From: a virus
DNA: 64,000 nucleotides
Virus record (IMG/VR): IMGVR_UViG_3300023296_001674
Direction: 5' to 3' (one strand)
Shown here: piece after piece, positions 57,478 to 64,000 of the stretch
How positions within the stretch are numbered: the stretch's first letter is position 1
Layout of the letters: every line of letters starts with the position of its first letter
Program-made: the position numbers and the translations under genes
Notes under the pieces: generated by a model
Seen by the model: the letters and a program-made list of their open reading frames with translations, nothing else
The model's database searches: none
What the model was told of the DNA's origin: nothing

Positions 57478-58629
57478 ATGAAAACGATTCAAGCCGCAAT
57501 TATCGCCCAAAATTCAATCACACTTATGATTGACGGGCAAACTACGCCTATCGCCTCTTCGCATACAAACTATGAAGAAATTCGTGGACTTGCTGCCGCT
57601 GGCAACTATGCACCAATTGCATCATTGCTTGATATGGTTCAGGTTATTAACGACTTTGGTAAAGGACGCGTTACCGTTGAAAACGGTGAAGTTCTTTATG
57701 ATGGTAAGCCTACCCATAACGCGGTGACTTCGCGTATCCTTCAAATGGTTGAAGAAGGTTTGGAAGTTTCACCAATGGTTGCATTCCTTGATAACCTTAT
57801 GGATAACCCTTCATTCCGTTCCGTTCAACAGTTATACGGTTTCTTGGAAGTGAACGACCTTCCGATCACGGAAGACGGTTTCTTTCTTGCCTATAAAATG
57901 TGCGCCGAGGTTAATGGTAAATTGACTGATATTCGCACGCAAACGTTTGATTATAGCGTTGGCGCAAAACCTGCCGAAATGCCACGTAACGAAGTGAACG
58001 AAGACCCTGATCAAACTTGTTCTTCTGGTTTGCACGTATGCGCCCAAGGTTATCTTGGTTCATACAGTTCTGGCGAACATACGATTTTGGTTAAAGTTAA
58101 TCCTGCCGATGTTGTTGCAGTTCCGACTGACTACAATAACGCCAAAATGCGGGTAAGCAAACATGAAACCGTTTGTAAGGTTACTGCGCGAACTCGCGGT
58201 GCTGTATATACCAGTGCGGTTTATACCCCTTCGGCGGATTCAAAAAGCACACTGGTAAATGGCGATGATTTGCTTACGCTGGATGAAGCAGTTGACGTTC
58301 TTGGGCTTAAGGGTGCTAAAAATCCAATTGCCGCACTACGTAAGCGCCTATCGCGTGCAAAGCTGACTTCTAACCCTAAACTCAAGTCGGTTTTCAAAGA
58401 TGGTGTTGAAATGATTCAAATCATCCAAACGGAGGCCGACGATGTTGAAGTTGCTGACGATTCGGTTATGACTCACGTTGATGCAATCGCATACTTTGCC
58501 AAGCAAAACAAAGCCAATGGCAAGGCACAACCAGCCGACCCGAAAGCGGCATTGCGTAAAATGCTTAATCGTGAATCTGCTTGCAAGCGCGTTTACGTTG
58601 ATGGTGTTGAGATGATCAAAATTCTTTAA
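57478..58629 (+). CDS. rIIB: rIIB-like protein
   Basis: FLDNLMDNPSFRSVQQLYGFLEVNDLPITEDGFFLAYK and QTCSSGLHVC...VKVNPADVVAVPTDYNNAKMR match T4 rIIB. Confidence 0.85.
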   Translation: MKTIQAAIIAQNSITLMIDGQTTPIASSHTNYEEIRGLAAAGNYAPIASLLDMVQVINDFGKGRVTVENGEVLYDGKPTHNAVTSRILQMVEEGLEVSPMVAFLDNLMDNPSFRSVQQLYGFLEVNDLPITEDGFFLAYKMCAEVNGKLTDIRTQTFDYSVGAKPAEMPRNEVNEDPDQTCSSGLHVCAQGYLGSYSSGEHTILVKVNPADVVAVPTDYNNAKMRVSKHETVCKVTARTRGAVYTSAVYTPSADSKSTLVNGDDLLTLDEAVDVLGLKGAKNPIAALRKRLSRAKLTSNPKLKSVFKDGVEMIQIIQTEADDVEVADDSVMTHVDAIAYFAKQNKANGKAQPADPKAALRKMLNRESACKRVYVDGVEMIKIL

Positions 58630-58652
58630 CCCGAATGTGATATAGGGTAAAT

Positions 58653-58690
58653 AAAAGGGGGTTGGTAGAAATGCCAGCCCCTTTTTTATC
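58653..58690 (+). terminator. rho-independent terminator after rIIB
   Basis: GGGGGTTGG...CCAGCCCC followed by TTTTTT. Confidence 0.65.
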
Positions 58691-58704
58691 ATAAAGGAGT
58701 CGTT

Positions 58705-58890
58705 ATGACATATTACAGTGATTATCCAAGTGTTCCAATTGGCGGGAGCAATCCTTATTATAAGTGTTCATATTGTGGCATATCTGATCCACAAATCAAT
58801 GGCACCCTTGAAGGGCATTATGAAGATTGTGAATATCGTATCATCAAAGAATTGGAACTACGCATCAAAGAATTAGAAGCAAACCCATAG
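58705..58890 (+). CDS. small Cys-containing protein
   Basis: RBS AAAGGAG. Confidence 0.5.
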   Translation: MTYYSDYPSVPIGGSNPYYKCSYCGISDPQINGTLEGHYEDCEYRIIKELELRIKELEANP

Positions 58891-58897
58891 CGTTCGA

Positions 58898-58921
58898 CCC
58901 ATAGGTGCTATGGGTTTTTTG
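58898..58921 (+). terminator. terminator hairpin CCCATAG-GTG-CTATGGG followed by TTTTTT
   Basis: Same hairpin motif as the repeats at 42411-42510. Confidence 0.6.
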
Positions 58922-58945
58922 CTATAGAACCTATAGAAATAGTTC

Positions 58946-58973
58946 TTGACAATTGGTTCAGTTAGTCTATAAT
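58946..58973 (+). promoter_or_regulatory. promoter TTGACA-N16-TATAAT
   Basis: tTTGACAattggttcagttagtcTATAAT. Confidence 0.6.
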
Positions 58974-59004
58974 ACCTTTATAACTTAAACGAAGGGAAAT
59001 ACAA

Positions 59005-59541
59005 ATGGGCGCACAATTAAACACGATGGAAGTAGACGGTAAAGCATCACGTGAAGAAGTGGTGATGCAATTCAACACCCGTTGCGAACAAGATGGATAT
59101 GAAATGGGTCATTCTTATTCAGGTTCGTTTTCGCAGTTTGCTGGTTTATCATTTACCAATAAACATTTTTATACCGAACAGGAAGCCTACGATTACATTG
59201 ATGTGAATGGTGAAAAATGGGGACCGGCGGTTGCTGTTAAGTATACTGCGATTGAACCATCCAAGCGACTGATCGCGCACAACAAAGCAATCATGGCATT
59301 GAGTCAAAAAATTCATGATGCGAGATATAAATTGCGCAACGCAAATGAAAAAATGCGTATCAACAATCGCAAAGATAAACCAGCGTATGTGGTTAAAGCG
59401 GAAGCGGCATTTGAACGGGTGAAAAAATCTATTGAACCCAAGATTGCAGACCGAAAACTACAACGCAATAAAACCGAGACGACGCTCGCCGCGAAATCGA
59501 AAGACGTTCGCTGGTTGATGGGCGGTTGGTGTTCCTCTTAA
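59005..59541 (+). CDS. hypothetical protein
   Basis: RBS GAAGGGAAA; 178 aa. Confidence 0.55.
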   Translation: MGAQLNTMEVDGKASREEVVMQFNTRCEQDGYEMGHSYSGSFSQFAGLSFTNKHFYTEQEAYDYIDVNGEKWGPAVAVKYTAIEPSKRLIAHNKAIMALSQKIHDARYKLRNANEKMRINNRKDKPAYVVKAEAAFERVKKSIEPKIADRKLQRNKTETTLAAKSKDVRWLMGGWCSS

Positions 59542-59561
59542 ACTTTAAATAAAATTCAGAA

Positions 59562-59590
59562 AATGTCAAGAGAAATCTTGACATTTTTTG
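59562..59590 (+). terminator. terminator: 10-bp palindromic stem AATGTCAAGA / TCTTGACATT with a GAAA loop, followed by TTTT
   Basis: Seen directly in the sequence. Confidence 0.65.
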
Positions 59591-59603
59591 TTATATTATT
59601 ATT

Positions 59604-59629
59604 CCAGAAAAAACTCATCCCTCCCTACC
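59604..59629 (+). repeat. 26-bp element, right copy (inverted relative to the left copy)
   Basis: CCAGAAAAAACTCATCCCTCCCTACC. Confidence 0.8.
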
Positions 59630-59727
59630 ATAAGAATACCATATTCAACATATAAGTCAAGCATTTATTTGCACTTGACATAAAAATAAATACGGTTATA
59701 ATGGTAGTTCAATTAAAAGGAGATGAT

Positions 59728-59958
59728 ATGACTATTAAAACAAAAGGATTACTTATAACCTTTCTATATGTTATGTTGGGGTTAGTTTCATATATGATGA
59801 TAGGCGACTTTACAGTGTTCGCTTGGATTGATCCTTGGGTATATATATACATGGCATTGTGGCCTTTGATTTGGGCATGGACATTCATCAAGTGGGCTGC
59901 GATCATTGCGGTGATTGTAATTGTTGGTATTATTGCCCATGAAAAATGGAGTAAATAA
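59728..59958 (+). CDS. small membrane protein (2-3 TM segments)
   Basis: RBS AAAGGAGA; Trp-rich and hydrophobic. Confidence 0.5.
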   Translation: MTIKTKGLLITFLYVMLGLVSYMMIGDFTVFAWIDPWVYIYMALWPLIWAWTFIKWAAIIAVIVIVGIIAHEKWSK

Positions 59959-59973
59959 GTTCAAAATAAGTGC

Positions 59974-60009
59974 TTGACTCTTGGTGCACTTAGTTCTATG
60001 GTGCACCAA
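59974..60009 (+). promoter_or_regulatory. promoter TTGACT-N17-TATGGT carrying the palindromic operator TTGGTGCAC-N11-GTGCACCAA
   Basis: Inverted repeat overlaps the -10 region. Confidence 0.55.
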
Positions 60010-60036
60010 CTGCAACGAATCAGAAAGGTAACTCCG

Positions 60037-60378
60037 ATGTTTGATATCAAAAACTCACTACGCGAAATGACCGCTCAATTCGACGAAATCGTAAAACACG
60101 ATTTATCCGAAACACCTACCGTTTTGGCTATGATTCATTTTCGCAATAAGTTAATTGAATTTCAATTAGCACCACACCTTGTTGATAAAGTGGTTGCGAA
60201 ACTCGACATCACACTTCCACAAAACCTCGACGAAGAAACAATGGAAGCGGTATTTGAATATCTTGAAGGGGTTGCGAAACTTGCTCTGCATTGTTGGGAA
60301 GCGACGACAATACACTTTAACAATAGCGAAGATGTATTTTTCAGCATGTTCGATGATGTTGAGTTAAAAATCACTTAA
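60037..60378 (+). CDS. hypothetical protein
   Basis: RBS AAAGG; 113 aa. Confidence 0.5.
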   Translation: MFDIKNSLREMTAQFDEIVKHDLSETPTVLAMIHFRNKLIEFQLAPHLVDKVVAKLDITLPQNLDEETMEAVFEYLEGVAKLALHCWEATTIHFNNSEDVFFSMFDDVELKIT

Positions 60379-60381
60379 CGC

Positions 60382-60417
60382 TTGACAGTTGGTGCACTTA
60401 GTTGTAAGGTGCATCAA
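60382..60417 (+). promoter_or_regulatory. promoter TTGACA-N17-TAAGGT with the same operator palindrome (TTGGTGCAC...GTGCATCAA)
   Basis: Paralogue of the promoter at 59974. Confidence 0.55.
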
Positions 60418-60435
60418 CTGAAAAGGAGATGACCG

Positions 60436-60906
60436 ATGTTCGAACTTAAAATCACAGACTTGAAAGACGCACCCACGATTGGGTTGGGTTGGGCAACTAA
60501 AACAGTTAGCCTGCTTGATACATCTGGTATTGCGAATCCATTCTTTGGTGAAGGACATCAAAAGTTTTTCATGGACGATCTTGATAATGAAAAACAAGAA
60601 TGTCATCGTCCCGGAATGCAACACGCACCCAAAATGAAAGACATCCTGAATATACTTACATTCACGGAAACTTTCACCGATGAAGACAAAGTATTGATTC
60701 ATTGTCATGGCGGCATGTGTCGTTCCCCCGCTGTATCCATGTTGGCGTTGATTCAACATGGTATGACTAAAGAAGACGCGTTTAAAATGGTTATGGAAGT
60801 TCGTCCCGTGGCAATGACAAATTACCTTGTTATCCGATTGGGTGATGTAGCCTTGGGTTTGAATGGCGAACTAATTCAGTTTATGAATGGAATTGATTTT
60901 GATTAG
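60436..60906 (+). CDS. protein tyrosine / dual-specificity phosphatase (CX5R P-loop)
   Basis: VLIHCHGGMCRSPAVS signature. Confidence 0.7.
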   Translation: MFELKITDLKDAPTIGLGWATKTVSLLDTSGIANPFFGEGHQKFFMDDLDNEKQECHRPGMQHAPKMKDILNILTFTETFTDEDKVLIHCHGGMCRSPAVSMLALIQHGMTKEDAFKMVMEVRPVAMTNYLVIRLGDVALGLNGELIQFMNGIDFD

Positions 60907-60963
60907 TTGACATTCTAAATATATATGCTATTCTAAAAATAGAAAAACAAATGAAAGGTTTAT

Positions 60964-61122
60964 ATGATGAATATTTTAAATTTTATCGCTGGCGAAATTC
61001 TTCACAAAGAAGGATGGTCGCTTGAAGGTTTGACAGAACGAGTGCAACTTGGTATAGTTATGATCGGAAGTAACCCGTTTATTGAACAGGGGTTAGCGGT
61101 TCAACAATATCTATTTGGATAA
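60964..61122 (+). CDS. small hypothetical protein
   Basis: RBS GAAAGG; 52 aa. Confidence 0.35.
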   Translation: MMNILNFIAGEILHKEGWSLEGLTERVQLGIVMIGSNPFIEQGLAVQQYLFG

Positions 61123-61182
61123 GGATTCCATTATGACAAAATTCAACAAAGAAATTGTTGGTGATGTACAGCGGTTCGGACT

Positions 61183-61695
61183 ATGATTCCAAACCTTACC
61201 AGCGATGGTGACAATTGGGTCAATGGTTCGATTGGTGTGTTTAAAATTTGCGCCAAAGTTTTTTCTGAACCATCAGTTTTTGGTATCAAGAATGGACGCA
61301 TTAGCAAATTGCAAGTGTGCGATACTTCACAATTACATTGGGGTTTTGATGGTTGTTATTTGAATTATGACCGTGGTTGGGATATGCGCCCAAAGAATGA
61401 ACCAGAACGTAAGTTCTTAAATGACTTGCTTACTGCATTCGGCGATGATATCATGGAAGGCGACGACTATGTTTGGTATGACCTTTATGGTTATGCAGAT
61501 CAAGCCGCGTTTGATCGGTTAGATCGCGAACATTTGATGTCAGTTGATACCAAAAACGAGGCGCTTGAAGAAGCGCAAGGTTACATCAAACATGATGACG
61601 CATTTGATATCATCAAAGTTCGATGTTCCGATGATGAAGACGATGACGAAGTTATCTTGAAAAAAGACTTGACGGAAAAGGCGGTTGCTGTATAA
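61183..61695 (+). CDS. hypothetical acidic protein
   Basis: 170-aa ORF. Confidence 0.5.
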   Translation: MIPNLTSDGDNWVNGSIGVFKICAKVFSEPSVFGIKNGRISKLQVCDTSQLHWGFDGCYLNYDRGWDMRPKNEPERKFLNDLLTAFGDDIMEGDDYVWYDLYGYADQAAFDRLDREHLMSVDTKNEALEEAQGYIKHDDAFDIIKVRCSDDEDDDEVILKKDLTEKAVAV

Positions 61696-63527
61696 TACAA
61701 TTATTGAATTCGCCCGAAAGGGCACACGAGTTGCTAGGACCACGGTGTGTATACGCACTGAATAGAACAGAGGTTCTAACCCTCTGAATTCCAGTTAGGT
61801 TTGCTGGATTATGGAATAGCCGACATGCGACGGTATGGTCTGGTGAAATCATAATAGTTCAATAGCATTAAATTTGTTACGCTGGAACTGAAATGAAGGC
61901 GTTACTATGGGAAGCCATTTAAGGTGAGTGGTTCAGTGCTTAACGAAGATGATATGTCTGGAGTGGTCCAGTGAAAATAGGACGAGTCAAAACGTCAACA
62001 TATTAGCTTCCCGAATTAATTATTGCTGGTAAGGTTCTGCTCAAGCGTTCATAGCGTAGAGATAAACTGCAAAAGATGATAAAATCCGTAAGGAGTTTGT
62101 TCCACTTGTAGTGAATGATGGTTCGGGTATTAGTAGTGCCCTTATGCAAAGTGCAAATCCCATCACAGCAAAACATAGTTAATATCGTTGAACTCTATCC
62201 TATTGGAAGGTGAAACTGAAATCCGTATGGCAAAGTAATCGATTTAGATCATGCGAAGTTATTAGGTTACGATATTATTAGTTAAATAATGCTTGACAGT
62301 TTATGTATGTTGAGGTATTATAAAGAATAGAATGTGATGGAAGGTTGGTATCTTCTTCGGTGGCACAAACCACGGGTAGCTTAAATACCAGAACGTAAGT
62401 TCAGAAAAGCACATTCCCTAAGTTTAGGTTAAAAGCATCGAGGCGTAGTGGCTGGTAGGTGTTATAACCTTAGCGAAATGTAGCGGCACTGGTTGGGTTT
62501 ACACGACTTGGCAAAGACTGCATCAGAGTAGCTTGAAATGGGTGGTGCCGATACGAAGGCAGATGATATAGGGAGTGCGCACAAACTATATTATTTCATG
62601 CGGAGCATGGACACGCAGGATTTGCCCAAATGGGCACACGAGCTTGCGATAGTGTACGATGCACGACGTACCTAGAATACAGCCGGTAGTGAGCCAGTAA
62701 AGTTACACTCACAAGGAGGTTGCTAGGACATTTAATGATGTAACACATTGAATGTATATGGGTTAACCATTGAAGCAGAGTGGGTTTAATTCCTACGCGC
62801 ATTTCCAATTCCCGAAAGGGAATACGACGTTGGTATGTTGATCGTCGGCAAATACATCGGCACCCGTGTTAACCTTGGAGTACACGTTAAATAAATCCAA
62901 GGGATAGGTTCGCCCTATGCCCGATGATTCTACAGGGAAATGGTTGTTGAATCACTTGTGTAGAGAACCCCCCTCTGCTAATACCAACCAAAAAATATAG
63001 GGAGCGTGGCTGAAATGTAGCAAATCAGGTGTGTCACGTAAGTTAATCTACTGAAAATTTGTTGCCCCTGCCTAAGTGGGTTAATTGGGTTTTATAGAAA
63101 AGTAGTATATAATATGTAGGGAATTTGCGAAAGAACGTAAGTGGAGCCGATACAAGTGATAGGAAATTAGACCTTGACGTGGACGCTAAGAAGTTTACAA
63201 TCTGAATTTCAAAACAATTCATCGTGGTGATACTTAACACCAGTAGAACAAATAACAGTAAGGAACGATGGAGCCGGATATCCATGCTATAAAAAACCGG
63301 CATACTTATTCGCCCGAATGGGCAAACAGTTTTGGATTAAATGGGCGTAGCTCATTAGCGGTGAAGACGTAAGTGCTTCTTTATTAAGAAACGCATAAGT
63401 GACATTCGCGATGTCATGGGGTGAAATCCCTCAATCCAAATTTAACTATACGCAGGGCAATCCCGTAAGACGTAAGTGTTTCCAAATCACAAGACCTCCT
63501 TTCGTTAAATATTGTGATTGAATGAAG
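61696..63527 (+). ncRNA. about 1.8 kb ORF-free, GC-richer segment with many GNRA/UUCG tetraloop hairpins and repeated modules; candidate large structured ncRNA(s)
   Basis: GCCC-GAAA-GGGC at 61712, GCCC-AAAT-GGGC at 62625, GCCC-GAAT-GGGC at 63311, TCCC-GAAA-GGGA at 62810; ACGTAAGT occurs 5 times; internal promoter at 62293-62321; terminator at 63528-63561. Confidence 0.5.
62293..62321 (+). promoter_or_regulatory. promoter TTGACA-N17-TATTAT inside the non-coding segment
   Basis: aataatgcTTGACAgtttatgtatgttgaggTATTAT. Confidence 0.55.
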
Positions 63528-63765
63528 CCCCATCAGCATCCAGCGGTGGGGTTTTGTTTTTCCAATCATGCTCCCACATAACGACAAGATTATAACCCGA
63601 ATCTTTAATAAGTGTTTCTTTTTTAAGTGTATTCTCATATAGATGTTTGAACGGTTGTTTATTTGATGGATTTAGTTTGGTATGATCGGTGGTATTTGGA
63701 TTACCATGCCAATAATCGCCGTGAAATTCATAAACCGTATTAGTCGTTGGATTATAACCATCCAC
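63505..63765 (-). CDS. Vsr/PD-(D/E)xK-like nuclease domain (homing-endonuclease-like), paralogue of 39239..40261; the gene probably extends further 5' and may run off the window
   Basis: TVYEFHGDYWHGNP...LVVMWEHDW. Confidence 0.5.
   Translation of the reverse strand: MDGYNPTTNTVYEFHGDYWHGNPNTTDHTKLNPSNKQPFKHLYENTLKKETLIKDSGYNLVVMWEHDWKNKTPPLDADGASFNHNI
63528..63561 (+). terminator. rho-independent terminator
   Basis: CCCCATCAGCATCCAGCGGTGGGG followed by TTTTGTTTTT; overlaps the 3' end of the convergent minus-strand gene. Confidence 0.65.
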
Positions 63766-64000
63766 TATGAATTGATTTATTTTAACTTGGCGATGATTTC
63801 TATCATTTGGAAGACCGATTGCATCAAGCCATTTTGTTTCTGATTTAGAAACATTATTGGTGCATTTTGCACAACCGCGACCTGATATATGATCTGTTGG
63901 GCGTTGCGTAAAGATACCATGTTTTTTGCATATTATATTAATATTTGTTCGTTTATTAACATATATAGATTGTGAATAGTCATATTTACCACTGTGTGCA

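Noticed and set aside
62596-63303. Minus-strand ORFs 62596..62808 and 63043..63303 in the ncRNA region
   Set aside because: They have no RBS and odd composition, lie antisense to a promoter-driven transcript, and are probably chance ORFs.
61696-63527. Additional tRNA genes, as in a T5-like tRNA cluster, inside the non-coding segment
   Set aside because: A scan for T-arm GTTCGANTC plus acceptor complementarity found none. Only anticodon-arm-like hairpins are present.

Overview
This 64 kb window is AT-rich and looks like part of a large virulent dsDNA phage genome, covering its early and accessory region. It has three transcription blocks. Rightward genes run 1-13173, leftward genes 13160-39052 (with a small rightward island at 34517-35967), and rightward genes 39239-61695; the window ends with a leftward nuclease gene. 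About 30 sigma70-like promoters share an extended consensus AAGTGCTTGACA-N16/17-TATACT/TATTAT, often with ATTGGTTCAGTTATG in the spacer. There are also several clear rho-independent terminators.

Recognisable genes:
- a NUDIX hydrolase;
- an NAD+-dependent DNA ligase split into two ORFs (adenylation/OB part, then HhH/BRCT part);
- a 735-aa protein with a TerD-like C-terminal domain;
- a GIY-YIG homing endonuclease with tandem NUMOD-like repeats;
- a 1330-aa Thr-rich tandem-repeat protein with a cadherin-like domain and RTX Ca-binding repeats;
- two HNH endonucleases;
- two T5orf172/GIY-YIG-like proteins;
- two Vsr/PD-(D/E)xK-like nucleases fused to zinc ribbons;
- an SspB-like protein;
- rIIA and rIIB homologues;
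- a CX5R protein-tyrosine/dual-specificity phosphatase;
- large paralogous families of small proteins: a DGPA/WY-NG repeat family of 11 members, and a family ending in the motif AFKLRW.

The most unusual features are non-coding:
- a tRNA with anticodon CUA (amber suppressor) under its own promoter;
- an array of 18 direct repeats of the near-palindrome TCACAGTGTGA with no spacers, at the strand-switch point;
- a roughly 1.8 kb ORF-free, GC-richer segment full of GNRA/UUCG hairpins and repeated modules, with its own promoter and terminator (candidate large structured ncRNA);
- a candidate sRNA bracketed by promoter and terminator;
- a 26-bp element (GGTAGGGAGGGATGAGTTTTTTCTGG) present as an inverted pair flanking the rII cassette and as a hairpin at a third site;
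- palindromic operators over two promoters;
- a 1.6 kb inverted gene island flanked by 73-bp direct repeats.

No capsid, tail or packaging genes are visible in this window.
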